A stretch of 64,000 nucleotides of DNA, from assembly GCA_964016885.1 (NCBI GenBank), contig OZ024744.1:19034001-19098000 (forward strand). The letters run 5' to 3'. Position numbers and translations under genes: made by a program. Below the pieces are notes generated by a model. It was not told where the DNA came from, ran no database searches, and was given only the letters and a program-made list of their open reading frames with translations. This stretch comes from Eledone cirrhosa. Taxonomy: Eukaryota. This document shows, piece by piece, positions 1-14,369 of the stretch. Each line of letters opens with the position of its first letter. The stretch's first letter is position 1.

Positions 1-3000
1 TGCCTGTGTCACTGTGTATGTCACTGTGTGTTTATGTATGTCTGTGTCACTGTGTATATCACTGTATGTTTGTGTGTGTCTGTGTCACTGTGTATGTCAA
101 TGTCTCTGTGTGTTTCTGTATGTCTGTGTCTCTGTGTATGTCACTGTATCTTTGTGTATGTATGTGTCACTGTGTATGTCACTGTGTGTTTCTGTATGTC
201 TGTGTCACTGTGTATATCACTGTGTGTTTCTGTATATCTGTGTCTCTGTGTATGTCACTGCATCTTTGTGTATGTATGTGTCACTGTGTATGTCACTGTG
301 TGTTTCTGTATGTCTGTGTCACGGTGTATATCTATGTGTGTTTCTGTATCTCTGTGTCACGGTGTATGTCACTGCATGTTTGTGTATGTCTGTGCGACTG
401 TGTATGTCACTGTGTGTTTCTGTATGGCTGTGTCACTGTGTATGTCACTATATCTTTGTGTATGTCTGTGTCACTGTGTATGTCACAGTGTGTTTCTGTA
501 TGTCTGTGTCACTGTCTATGTCACTGTATGTTTCTGAATGACTGTGTCACTGTGTATGTCACTGTGTGTTTCTGTATGTCTGTGTCACGGTGTATGTCAC
601 TGTATGTTTGTGTGTGTCTGTGTCACCGTGTATGTCACTGTGTGTTTGTGTATGTCTGTGTCACTGTATGTTTCTGTATGTCTGTGTTACTGTGTATGTC
701 ACTGTGTGTTTCTGTATGTCTGTGTCACTGTGTATGTCATTGTATCTTTGTGTATGTCTGTATCACTGTGTATGTCACTGTATGTTTCTGTATGTTTGTG
801 TCACTGTGTATGTCACTGTGTATTTCTGTATGTCTGTGTCTCTGTGTATGTCACTGTATGTTTCTGTATGTCTGTTTCACTGTGTATGTCACTGTGTCTT
901 TATGTATGTCTGTGTCACTCTGTATGTCACTGTACATTTCTGTATGTCTGTGTCACTGTGTATGTCACTGTATGTTTCTGTATGTCTGTGTCACTGTCTA
1001 TGTCACTGCATGTTTCTGAATGTCTGTGTCACTGTGTATGTCACTGTGTGTTTCTGTATGTCTGTGTCACGGTGTATGTAACTGTATGTTTGTGTGTGTC
1101 TGTGTCACTGTGTATGCCACTGTCTGTTTGTGTATGTCTGTGTCACTGTGTATGTCATTGTATCTTTGTGTATGTCTGTATCACTGTGTATGTCACTGTA
1201 TGTTTCTGTATGTTTGTGTCACTGTGTATGTCACTGTGTATTTCTGTATGTCTGTGTCTCTGTGTATGTCACTGTATGTTTCTGTATGTCTGTTTCACTG
1301 TGTATGTCACTGTGTCTTTATGTATGTCTGTGTCACTCTGTATGTCACTGTATATTTCTGTATGTATGTGTCACTGTGTATGTCACTGTATGTTTCTGTA
1401 TGTCTGTGTCACTGTCTATGTCACTGTATGTTTCTGTATGTTTGTGTCACTGTGTATGTCAATGTGTGTTTCTGTATGTCTGTGTCTCTGTGTATGTCAC
1501 TGTATGTTTCTGTATGTCTGTTTCACTGTGTATGTCACTGTGTCTTTATGTATGTCTGTGTAACTTTGTATGTCACTGTATATTTCTGTATGTCTGTGTC
1601 ACTGTGTATGTCACTGTATGTTTCTGTATGTCTGTGACACTGTGTATGTCACTGTATGTTTCTGTATGTCTGTGTCAGTGTGTATGTCACTGTATCTTTG
1701 TGTATGTCTGTGTCCCTGTGTATGTCACTGTATGTTTCTGTATGTTTGTGTCACTGTGTATGTCACTGTGTGTTTCTGTATGTCTGTGTCACTGTGTATG
1801 TCACTGTGTGTTTCTGTATGTTTGTGTCACTGTGTATGTCACTAAATGTTTGTGTGTGTCTGTGTCTCTGTGTATGTCACTGTTTGTTTGCGTGTGTCTG
1901 TGTCACTGTGTATGTCACTGTGTGTTTCTGTATGTCTGTGTGAATGTGTATGTCACTGTGTGTTTGTGTATGTCTGTGTCACTCTATGTTTCTCTATGTA
2001 TGTGTCACCGTGTATGTCACTGTATCTTTGTGTATGCCTGTGTCACTGTGTATGTCACTGTGTGTTTCTGTATGTTTGTGTGACTGTGTATGTCACTAAA
2101 TGTTTGTGTGTGTCTGTGTCTCTGTGTATGACACTGTGTGTTTGCGTGTGTCTGTGTCACAGTGTATGTCACTGTGTGTTTCTGTATGGCTGTGTGACTG
2201 TGTATGTCACTCTTTGTTTGTGTATGTCTGTGTCACTGTGTGTGTTTATGTATGTCTGTGTCACTGTGTATGTCATTGCATCTTTGTGTATGTCTGTCTC
2301 CCTCTGTATGTCACTGTGTGTTTCTGCATGTCTGCGTCACTGTGTATGTCACTGTGTGTTTCTGCATGTATGTGTCACTGTGTATATCACTGTGTGTTTC
2401 TGTATGTCTGTGTCACTGTATATGTCACTGTATCTTTGTGTATGCCTGTGTCACTGTCTATATCACTGTATGTTTCTGTATGTCTGTTTCACTGTGTATG
2501 TCACTGTATATTTGTATATGTCTGTGTCACTCTGTATGTCACTGTCTGTTTCTGTATGTCTGTGTCACTATGTATGCCACTGTATGTTTGTGTTGTCTGT
2601 GTCATTGTGTATGTCACTGTGTCTTTCTGTATGTATGTATCACTGTGTATGTCACTGTGTGTATCTGTATGTCTGTGTCACTGTGTAAGTCATTGTATCT
2701 TTGTGTATGTCTGTGGCACTCTGTATGTCGTTGTGTGTTTCTGTATGTATGTGTCTCTGTGTATGTCACTGTATATTTGTGTATGTATGTGTCCCTGTGT
2801 ATGTCACTGTGAGTTTCTCTATGTCTGTGTCACTGTGTATGTCACTGTATGTCTCTGTATGTCTGTGTCACTGTATCTTTGTGTATGTCTGTGTCACTGT
2901 GTATGTCACTGTGTATTTATGTATTTCTGTGTCTCTGTGTATGCCACTGTATCTTTTTGTATGTCTGCGTCACTGTGTATGTCACTGTGTGTTTCTGCAT

Positions 3001-4390
3001 GTCTGTGTCACTGTGTATGTCACAGTGTGTTTCTGTATATATGTGTCTCTGTGTATGTCACTGTATCTTTGTGTATGTCTGTGTCACTGTGTGTTTCTGT
3101 ATGTCTTGTCACTGTGTATGTCACTGTTTGTTTCTGTATGTATGTGTCACTGTGTATGTCACCGTATGTGTGTGTATGTCTGTGTCACGGTGTATGTCAC
3201 TGTATCTTTGTGTATGCCTGTGTCACTGTGTATGTCACTGTGTGTTTATGTATGTCTGTGTCACTGTGTATATCACTGTATGTTTGTGTGTGTCTGTGTC
3301 ACTGTGTATGTCAATGTCTCTGTGTGTTTCTGTATGTCTGTGTCTCTGTGTATGTCACTGTATCTTTGTGTATGTATGTGTCACTGTGTATGTCACTGTG
3401 TGTTTCTGTATGTCTGTGTCACTGTGTATATCACTGTGTGTTTCTGTATATCTGTGTCTCTGTGTATGTCACTGCATCTTTGTGTATGTATGTGTCACTG
3501 TGTATGTCACTGTGTGTTTCTGTATGTCTGTGTCACGGTGTATATCTATGTGTGTTTCTGTATCTCTGTGTCACGGTGTATGTCACTGCATGTTTGTGTA
3601 TGTCTGTGCGACTGTGTATGTCACTGTGTGTTTCTGTATGGCTGTGTCACTGTGTATGTCACTATATCTTTGTGTATGTCTGTGTCACTGTGTATGTCAC
3701 AGTGTGTTTCTGTATGTCTGTGTCACTGTCTATGTCACTGTATGTTTCTGAATGACTGTGTCACTGTGTATGTCACTGTGTGTTTCTGTATGTCTGTGTC
3801 ACGGTGTATGTCACTGTATGTTTGTGTGTGTCTGTGTCACCGTGTATGTCACTGTGTGTTTGTGTATGTCTGTGTCACTGTATGTTTCTGTATGTCTGTG
3901 TTACTGTGTATGTCACTGTGTGTTTCTGTATGTCTGTGTCACTGTGTATGTCATTGTATCTTTGTGTATGTCTGTATCACTGTGTATGTCACTGTATGTT
4001 TCTGTATGTTTGTGTCACTGTGTATGTCACTGTGTATTTCTGTATGTCTGTGTCTCTGTGTATGTCACTGTATGTTTCTGTATGTCTGTTTCACTGTGTA
4101 TGTCACTGTGTCTTTATGTATGTCTGTGTCACTCTGTATGTCACTGTATATTTCTGTATGTCTGTGTCACTGTGTATGTCACTGTATGTTTCTGTATGTC
4201 TGTGTCACTGTCTATGTCACTGCATGTTTCTGAATGTCTGTGTCACTGTGTATGTCACTGTGTGTTTCTGTATGTCTGTGTCACGGTGTATGTCACTGTA
4301 TGTTTGTGTGTGTCTGTGTCACTGTGTATGCCACTGTCTGTTTGTGTATGTCTGTGTCACTGTGTATGTCACTGTATCTTTGTGTATGTC
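1..4390. repeat. Higher-order duplication: 1-~1175 repeated at 3215-~4390 (offset 3214)
   Basis: The same ordered variants appear in both copies (gtcaatgtctct 44-bp monomer, gtatatctatgt, gtgcgact, ctgaatgact). ORF ends 541/3755 and 1019/4233 differ by 3214. The left copy is truncated by the window start. Confidence 0.9.
721..1420. repeat. Local duplication with an offset of 418 bp (11 monomers)
   Basis: The series gtcattgtatctttgtgtatgtctgtatcact...gtgtatttct...gtttcact...gtgtctttat starts at 736 and again at 1154. Confidence 0.8.
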
Positions 4391-6509
4391 TGTGTCACTC
4401 TGTATCTCACTGTGTGTTTCTGTATGTCTGTGTCACTGTGTATGTCACTGTATGTTTCTGTATGTCTGTTTCACTGTGTATGTCACTGTGTGTTTCTGTA
4501 TGTCTGTGTCACTCTGTATCTCACTGTGTGTTTCTGTATGTCTGTGTCAATGTGTATGTCACTGTGTGTTTGTGTATGTCACTGTATGTTTCTGTATGTC
4601 TGTTTCACTGTGTATGTCACTGTGTGTTTCTGTATGTCTGTGTCACTCTGTATGTCACTGTATATTTCTGTATGTCTGTGTCACTGTGTATGTCACTGTA
4701 TGTTTCTGTATGTCTGTGTCACTGTGTATGTCACTGTGTGTTTCTGTATGTCTGTGTCACTGTATATGTCACTGTATCTTTGTGTATGCCTGTGTCACTG
4801 TTTATGTCACTGTATGATTCTGTATGTCTGTTTCACTGTGTATGTCACTGTATATTTGTGTATGTCTGTGTCACTGTGTATGACACTGTGTGTTTCTGTA
4901 TGTATGTATCACTGTGTATGTCAGTGTGTGTTTCTGTATGTCTGTGTCACTATGTAAGTCATTGTATCTTTGTGTATGTCTGTGCCACTCTGTATGTTGT
5001 TGTGTGTTTCTGTATGTATGTGTCTCTGTGTATGTCACTGTATCGTTGTGTATGTATGTGTCACTGTGTATGTTACTGTGAGTTTATGTATGTCTGTGTC
5101 ACTGTGTATGTCACTGTATGTATATGTATGTCTGTGTCACTGTCTATGTCACTGTATCTTTGTGTATGTCTGTATCACTGTGTATGTCACTGTGGGTTTA
5201 TGTATGTCTGTGTCTCTGTGTATGTCACTGTATCTTTGCGTATGTCTACGTCACTGTGTATGTCACTGTGTGTTTCTGTATGTCTGTGTCACTGTGTATG
5301 TCACAGTGTGTTTCTGTATATCTGTGACTCTGTGTATGTCACTGTATATTTCTGTATGTCTGTGTCACTGTGTATGTCACTGTATGTTTCTGTATGTCTG
5401 TGTCACTGTGTATGTCACTGTATGTTTCTGTATGTCTGTGTCACTGTGTATGTCACTGTATGTTTCTGTATGTTTGTGTCAATGTGTATGTCACTGTGTG
5501 TTTCTGTATGTCTGTGTCAATGTGTATGTCACTGTGTGTTTCTGTATGTCTGTGTCACTGTGTATGTCACTGTATGTTTCTGTATGTCTGTTTCACTGTG
5601 TATGTCACTGTGTGTTTCTGTATGTCTGTGTCACTCTGTATGTCACTGTATATTTCTGTATGTCTGTGTCACTGTATGTTTCTGTATGTCTGTGTCACTG
5701 TGTATGTCACTGTGTGTTTATGTATGTCTGTGTCTCTGTGTATGTCACTGTATCTTTGCGTATGTCTGCGTCACTGTGTATGTCACTGTGTGTTTCTGTA
5801 TGTCTGTGTCACTGTGTATGTCACAGTGTGTATCTGTATATCTGTGTCTCTGTGTATGTCACTGTATATTTCTGTATGTCTGTGTCACTGTGTATGTCAC
5901 TGTATGTTTCTGTATGTCTGTGTCACTGTGTATGTCACTGTATGTTTCTGTATGTCTGTGTCACTGTGTATGTCACTGTATCTTTGTGTATGTCTGTGTC
6001 CCTGTGTATGTCACTGTATGTTTCTGTATGTTTGTGTCAATGTGTATGTCACTGTGTGTTTCTGTATGTCTGTGTCACTGTGTATGTCACTGTGTGTTTC
6101 TGTATGTTTGTGTCACTGTGTATGTCACTAAATGTTTGTGTGTGTCTGTGTCTCTGTGAATGTCACTGTGTGTTTGCGTGTGTCTGTGTCACTGTGTATG
6201 TCATTGTGTGTTTCGGTATGTCTGTGTCACTGTGTATATCACTGTATGTTTGTGTATGCCTGTGTCACGGTGTATGTCACTGTATGTTTGTGTGTGTCTG
6301 TGTCACTGTGTATGCCACTGTCTGTTTGTGTATGTCTGTGTCACTGTGTGTGTTTCTGTATGTCTGTGTCACTGTGTATGTCACTGTATGTTTCTGTATG
6401 TCTGTGTCACTCTGTATGTCACTGTATCTTTGTGTATGTCTGTGTCACTCTGTATCTCACTGTGTGTTTCTGTATGTCTGTGTCAATGTGTATGTCACTG
6501 TGTGTTTCT

Positions 6510-9500
6510 GTATGTCTGTGTCACTGTGTATGTCACTGTATGTTTCTGTATGTCTGTTTCACTGTGTATGTCACTGTGTGTTTCTGTATGTCTCTGTCAC
6601 TCTGTATGTCACTGTATATTTCTGTATGTCTGTGTCACTGTGTATGTCACTGTATGTTTCTGTATGTCTGTGTCACTGTGTATGTCACTGTGTGTTTCTG
6701 TATGTCTGTGTCACTGTATATGTCACTGTATCTTTGTGTATGCCTGTGTCACTGTTTATGTCACTGTATGTTTCTGTATCTCTGTGTCACGGTGTATGTC
6801 ACTGCATGTTTGTGTATGTCTGTGTGACTGTGTATGTCACTGTGTGTTTCTGTATGTCTGTGTCACTGTCTATGTCACTGTATATTTGTGTATGTCTGTG
6901 TCACTGTATATGTCACAGTGTGTTTCTGTATGTCTGTGTCACTGTCTATGTCACTGTATGTTTCTGAATGTCTGTGTCACTGTGTATGTCACTGTGTGTT
7001 TCTGTATGTCTGTGTTACGGTGTATGTCACTGTATGTTTGTGTGTGACCGTGTCACTGTGTATGTCACTGTGTGTTTGTGTATGTCTGTGTCACTGTATA
7101 TTTCTGTATGTCTGTGTCACTGTGTATGTCACTGTGTGTTTCTGTATGTCTGTGTCACTGTGTATGTCATTGTATCTTTGTGTATGTCTGTGTCACTGTG
7201 TATGTCACTGTATGTTTCTGTAAGTTTGTGTCAATGTGTATGTCATTGTGTGTTTCTGTATGTCTGTGTCTCTGTGTATGTCACTGTATGTTTCTGTATG
7301 TCTGTTTCACTGTGTATGTCACTGTGTCTTTATTTTATGTCTGTGTCACTCTGTATGTCACTGTATATTTCTGTATGTCTGTGTCACTGTGTATGTCACT
7401 GTATGTTTCTGTATGTCTGTGTCACTGTGTATGTCAATGTATGTTTCTGTATGTCTGTGTCACTGTGTATGTCACTGTATCTTTGTGTATGTCTGTGTCG
7501 CCGTGTATGTCACTGTATGTTTCTGTATATTTGTGTCACTGTGTATGTCACGGTGTGTTTCTGTATGCCTGTGTCACTGTGTATGTCACTGTGTGTTTCT
7601 GTATGTTTGTGTCAATGTGTATGTCACAAAATGTTTGTGTGTGTCTGTGTCTCTGTGTATGTCACTGTGTGTTTGCGTGTGTCTGTGTCACTGTGTATGT
7701 CATTGTATCTTTGTGTATGTCTGTGTCACTGTCTATGTCACTGCATGTTTCTGAATGTCTGTGTCACTGTGTATGTCACTGTGTGTTTCTGTATGTCTGT
7801 GTCACTGTGTATGTCACTGTATATTTGTGTATGTCTGTGTCACTGTGTAAGTCGTTGTATCTTTGTGTATGTCTGTGACACTCTGTATGTCACTGTGTGT
7901 TTCTGTATGTATGTATCACTGTGTATGTCACTGTGTGTTTCTGTATGTCTGTGTCACTGTGTAAGTCATTGTATCTTTGTGCATGTATGTGACACTCTGT
8001 ATGTCAATGTGTGTTTCTGTATTATGTGTCTCTGTGTATGTCACTGTATCTTTGTGTATGTATGTGTCACTGTGTATGTCACTGTGTGCTTGTGTATGAC
8101 CGTGTCACTGTGTATGTTACTGTGAGTTTCTGTATGTCTGTGTCACGGTGTATGTCACTGTATATTTTTGTATGTCTGTGTCAGTGTGTATGTCACTAGG
8201 TGTTTCTGTATGTCTGTGTCACAGCGTATATCACTGTATCTTTATGTATGTCTGTGGCACTGTGTATGTCACTGTGAGTTTATGTATGTATGTGTCACTG
8301 TGTATGTCACAGTGTGTTTCTGTATGTCTATGTCACTGTTTCTTTGTGTATGTCTGCGTCACTGTGTATGTCACTGTGTGTTTCTGTATGTCGGTGTCTC
8401 TGTGTATGTCACTGTATCTTTGTGTATGTCTGTGTCACTGTGTATGTCACTGTGTGTTTCTGTATGTCTGTGTCACTGTGTATGTAACTGTGTGTTTCTG
8501 TATGTCTGTGTCACTGTCTATGTCACTGTATGTTTCTGAATGTCTGTGTCACTGTGTATGTCACTGTGTGTTTCTGTATGCCTGTGTCACGGTGTATGTC
8601 ACTGTATGTTTGTGTGTGTCTATGTCACTGTGTATGTCAATGTGTGTTTCTGTATGTCTGTGTCACCGTGTATGTCACTGTATCTTTGTGTATGCCTGTG
8701 TCACTGTGTATGTCACTGTGTGTTTCTGTATGTCTGTGTCACTGTGTATGTCACTGTGTGTTTCTGTATGACTGTGTCACTGTGTATGTCACTGTATCTT
8801 TGTGTATGTCTGTGCCACTGTGTATGTCACTGTGTGTTTCTGTATGTGTGTGTCACTGTCTATGTCACTGTATGTTTCTGAATGTCTGTGTCACTGTGTA
8901 TGTCACTGTGTGTTTCTGTATGTCTGTGTCACTGTCTATGTCACTGTATGTTTCTGTATGTTTGTGTCACTGTGTATGTCACTAAATATTTGTGTGTGTC
9001 TGTGTCTCTGTGTATGTCACTGTGTGTTTGCGTGTGTCTGTATCACTGTGTATGTCACTGTGTGTTTCTGTATGTCTGTGTCACTGTGTATGTCACTGTG
9101 TGTTTCTGTATGTATGTGTCACCGTGTATGTCACTGTATCTTTGTGTATGCCTGTGTCACTGTGTATGTCACTGTGTGTTTCTGTATGTCTGTGTCACTG
9201 TGTATGTCACTGTGTGTTTCTGTATGTTTGTGTCACTGTGTATGTCACTAAATGTTTGTGTGTGTCTGTGTCTCTGTGTATGTCACTGTGTGTTTGCGTG
9301 TGTCTGTGTCACTGTGTATGTCACTGTGTGTTTCTGTATGTCTGTGTGACTGTGTATGTCACTGTGTGTTTGTGTATGTCTGTGTCACTGTGTGTGTTTC
9401 TGTATGTCTGTATCACTGTGTATGTCACTGTATGTTTATGTATGTATGTGTCACTGTGTATGTCACTGTATCTTTGTGTATGTCTGTGTTACTCTGTATG

Positions 9501-12500
9501 TCACTGTCTGTTTCTATATGTCTGTGTCAATGTGTATGTCACTGTGTGTTTCTGTATGTCTGTCACTCTGTATGTCTCTGTATGTTTCTGTATGTCTGTT
9601 TCACTGTGTATGTCACTGTGTGTTTCTGTATGTCTGTGTCACTCTGTATGTCACTGTAATGTTTCTGAACGTTTGTGTCACTGTGTATGTCACTGTGTGT
9701 TTGCGTGTGTCTGTGTCACTGTGTATGTCACTGTGTGTTTCTGTATGTCTGTGTGACTGTGTATGTCACTCTGTGTTTGTGTATGTCTGTGTCACTGTGT
9801 GTGTTTCTGTATGTCTGTGTCACTGTGTATGTCATTGTATCTTTGTGTATGTATGTGTCACTGTGTATGTCACTGTATCTTTGTGTATGTCTGTGTCATT
9901 GTGTATGTCACTGTGTGTTTCTGTATGTTTGTGTCACTGTGTATGTCACTGTGTGTTTCTGTATATCTGTGTCTCTGTGTATGTTACTGTATCTTTGTGT
10001 ATATCTGTGTCACTGTGTATGTCGCTGTATCTTTGTGTACGTCTGTGTCACGGTGTATATCACTGTATGTTTGTGTATGTCTGTGTCACTCTATATGTCA
10101 CTGTATGTATGTGTCACTGTGTATGTCAATGTGTGTTTCTGTATCTCTGTGTCACGGTGTATGTCACTGTATGTTTGTGTATGTCTGTTTGACTGTGTAT
10201 GTCACTGTATGTTACTATATGTCTGTGTCACTGTGTATGTCACTGTGTGTTTCTGTATGTCAGTGTCACTGTGTATGTCACTGTATCTTTGTGTATGTCT
10301 GTGTCACTGTGTATGTCACTGTGTGTTTCTGTATGTCTGTGTCACTGTCTATGTCACTGTATGTTTCTGAATGTCTGTGTAACTGTGTATATCACTGTGT
10401 GTTTCTGTATGTCTGTGTCACGGTGTATGTCACTGTATGTTTGTGTGTGTCTGTGTCACTGTGTGTGTTTTTGTATGTCTGTGTCACTGTGTATGTCATT
10501 GCATCTTTGTGTATGTCTGTGTCACTCTGTATGTCACGGTGTGTTTCTGCATGTCTGTGTCACTGTGTATATCACTGTGTGTTTCTGTATGTCTGTGTCA
10601 CTGTGTATGTCACTGTATATTTGTGTTTGTCTGTGTCACTGTGTAAGTCATTGTATCTTTGTGTATGTCTGTGTCACTGTGTATGTCACTGTATGTTTCT
10701 GTATGTCTGTTTCACTGTGTATGTCACTGTGTGTTTCTGTATGTCTCTGTCACTCTGTATGTCACTGTATATTTCTGTATGTCTGTGTCACTGTGTATGT
10801 CACTGTATGTTTCTGTATGTCTGTGTCACTGTGTATGTCACTGTGTGTTTCTGTATGTCTGTGTCACTGTATATGTCACTGTATCTTTGTGTATGCCTGT
10901 GTCACTGTTTATGTCACTGTATGTTTCTGTATCTCTGTGTCACGGTGTATGTCACTGCATGTTTGTGTATGTCTGTGTGACTGTGTATGTCACTGTGTGT
11001 TTCTGTATGTCTGTGTCACTGTCTATGTCACTGTATATTTGTGTATGTCTGTGTCACTGTATATGTCACAGTGTGTTTCTGTATGTCTGTGTCACTGTCT
11101 ATGTCACTGTATGTTTCTGAATGTCTGTGTCACTGTGTATGTCACTGTGTGTTTCTGTATGTCTGTGTTACGGTGTATGTCACTGTATGTTTGTGTGTGA
11201 CCGTGTCACTGTGTATGTCACTGTGTGTTTGTGTATGTCTGTGTCACTGTATATTTCTGTATGTCTGTGTCACTGTGTATGTCACTGTGTGTTTCTGTAT
11301 GTCTGTGTCACTGTGTATGTCATTGTATCTTTGTGTATGTCTGTGTCACTGTGTATGTCACTGTATGTTTCTGTAAGTTTGTGTCAATGTGTATGTCATT
11401 GTGTGTTTCTGTATGTCTGTGTCTCTGTGTATGTCACTGTATGTTTCTGTATGTCTGTTTCACTGTGTATGTCACTGTGTCTTTATTTTATGTCTGTGTC
11501 ACTCTGTATGTCACTGTATATTTCTGTATGTCTGTGTCACTGTGTATGTCACTGTATGTTTCTGTATGTCTGTGTCACTGTGTATGTCAATGTATGTTTC
11601 TGTATGTCTGTGTCACTGTGTATGTCACTGTATCTTTGTGTATGTCTGTGTCGCCGTGTATGTCACTGTATGTTTCTGTATATTTGTGTCACTGTGTATG
11701 TCACGGTGTGTTTCTGTATGCCTGTGTCACTGTGTATGTCACTGTGTGTTTCTGTATGTTTGTGTCAATGTGTATGTCACAAAATGTTTGTGTGTGTCTG
11801 TGTCTCTGTGTATGTCACTGTGTGTTTGCGTGTGTCTGTGTCACTGTGTATGTCATTGTATCTTTGTGTATGTCTGTGTCACTGTCTATGTCACTGCATG
11901 TTTCTGAATGTCTGTGTCACTGTGTATGTCACTGTGTGTTTCTGTATGTCTGTGTCACTGTGTATGTCACTGTATATTTGTGTATGTCTGTGTCACTGTG
12001 TAAGTCGTTGTATCTTTGTGTATGTCTGTGACACTCTGTATGTCACTGTGTGTTTCTGTATGTATGTATCACTGTGTATGTCACTGTGTGTTTCTGTATG
12101 TCTGTGTCACTGTGTAAGTCATTGTATCTTTGTGCATGTATGTGACACTCTGTATGTCAATGTGTGTTTCTGTATTATGTGTCTCTGTGTATGTCACTGT
12201 ATCTTTGTGTATGTATGTGTCACTGTGTATGTCACTGTGTGCTTGTGTATGACCGTGTCACTGTGTATGTTACTGTGAGTTTCTGTATGTATGTGTCACG
12301 GTGTATGTCACTGTATATTTTTGTATGTCTGTGTCAGTGTGTATGTCACTAGGTGTTTCTGTATGTCTGTGTCACAGCGTATATCACTGTATCTTTATGT
12401 ATGTCTGTGGCACTGTGTATGTCACTGTGAGTTTATGTATGTATGTGTCACTGTGTATGTCACAGTGTGTTTCTGTATGTCTATGTCACTGTTTCTTTGT

Positions 12501-13380
12501 GTATGTCTGCGTCACTGTGTATGTCACTGTGTGTTTCTGTATGTCGGTGTCTCTGTGTATGTCACTGTATCTTTGTGTATGTCTGTGTCACTGTGTATGT
12601 CACTGTGTGTTTCTGTATGTCTGTGTCACTGTGTATGTAACTGTGTGTTTCTGTATGTCTGTGTCACTGTCTATGTCACTGTATGTTTCTGAATGTCTGT
12701 GTCACTGTGTATGTCACTGTGTGTTTCTGTATGCCTGTGTCACGGTGTATGTCACTGTATGTTTGTGTGTGTCTATGTCACTGTGTATGTCAATGTGTGT
12801 TTCTGTATGTCTGTGTCACCGTGTATGTCACTGTATCTTTGTGTATGCCTGTGTCACTGTGTATGTCACTGTGTGTTTCTGTATGTCTGTGTCACTGTGT
12901 ATGTCACTGTGTGTTTCTGTATGACTGTGTCACTGTGTATGTCACTGTATCTTTGTGTATGTCTGTGCCACTGTGTATGTCACTGTGTGTTTCTGTATGT
13001 GTGTGTCACTGTCTATGTCACTGTATGTTTCTGAATGTCTGTGTCACTGTGTATGTCACTGTGTGTTTCTGTATGTCTGTGTCACTGTCTATGTCACTGT
13101 ATGTTTCTGTATGTTTGTGTCACTGTGTATGTCACTAAATATTTGTGTGTGTCTGTGTCTCTGTGTATGTCACTGTGTGTTTGCGTGTGTCTGTATCACT
13201 GTGTATGTCACTGTGTGTTTCTGTATGTCTGTGTCACTGTGTATGTCACTGTGTGTTTCTGTATGTATGTGTCACCGTGTATGTCACTGTATCTTTGTGT
13301 ATGCCTGTGTCACTGTGTATGTCACTGTGTGTTTCTGTATGTCTGTGTCACTGTGTATGTCACTGTGTGTTTCTGTATGT
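6510..13380. repeat. Higher-order duplication: ~6510-9227 repeated at ~10663-13380 (offset 4153)
   Basis: Identical ORF pairs 6834/10987, 6968/11121, 7072/11225 and 8530/12683. Shared rare markers include gtgtgaccgt, ctgtaagttt, ctttattttat, cacaaaat and cactagg. Confidence 0.92.
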
Positions 13381-14369
13381 CAGTGTCACTGTGTATGTCA
13401 CTGTATCTTTGTGTATGTCTGTGTCACTGTGTATGTCACTGTGTGTTTCTGTATGTCTGTGTCACTGTCTATGTCACTGTATGTTTCTGAATGTCTGTGT
13501 AACTGTGTATATCACTGTGTGTTTCTGTATGTCTGTGTCACGGTGTATGTCATTGTATCTTTGTGTATGTATGTGTCACTGTGTATGTCACTGTATCTTT
13601 GTGTATGTCTGTGTCATTGTGTATGTCACTGTGTGTTTCTGTATGTTTGTGTCACTGTGTATGTCACTGTGTGTTTCTGTATATCTGTGTCTCTGTGTAT
13701 GTTACTGTATCTTTGTGTATATCTGTGTCACTGTGTATGTCGCTGTATCTTTGTGTACGTCTGTGTCACGGTGTATATCACTGTATGTTTGTGTATGTCT
13801 GTGTCACTCTATATGTCACTGTATGTATGTGTCACTGTGTATGTCAATGTGTGTTTCTGTATCTCTGTGTCACGGTGTATGTCACTGTATGTTTGTGTAT
13901 GTCTGTTTGACTGTGTATGTCACTGTATGTTACTATATGTCTGTGTCACTGTGTATGTCACTGTGTGTTTCTGTATGTCAGTGTCACTGTGTATGTCACT
14001 GTATCTTTGTGTATGTCTGTGTCACTGTGTATGTCACTGTGTGTTTCTGTATGTCTGTGTCACTGTCTATGTCACTGTATGTTTCTGAATGTCTGTGTAA
14101 CTGTGTATATCACTGTGTGTTTCTGTATGTCTGTGTCACGGTGTATGTCACTGTATGTTTGTGTGTGTCTGTGTCACTGTGTGTGTTTTTGTATGTCTGT
14201 GTCACTGTGTATGTCATTGCATCTTTGTGTATGTCTGTGTCACTCTGTATGTCACGGTGTGTTTCTGCATGTCTGTGTCACTGTGTATATCACTGTGTGT
14301 TTCTGTATGTCTGTGTCACTGTGTATGTCACTGTATATTTGTGTTTGTCTGTGTCACTGTGTAAGTCAT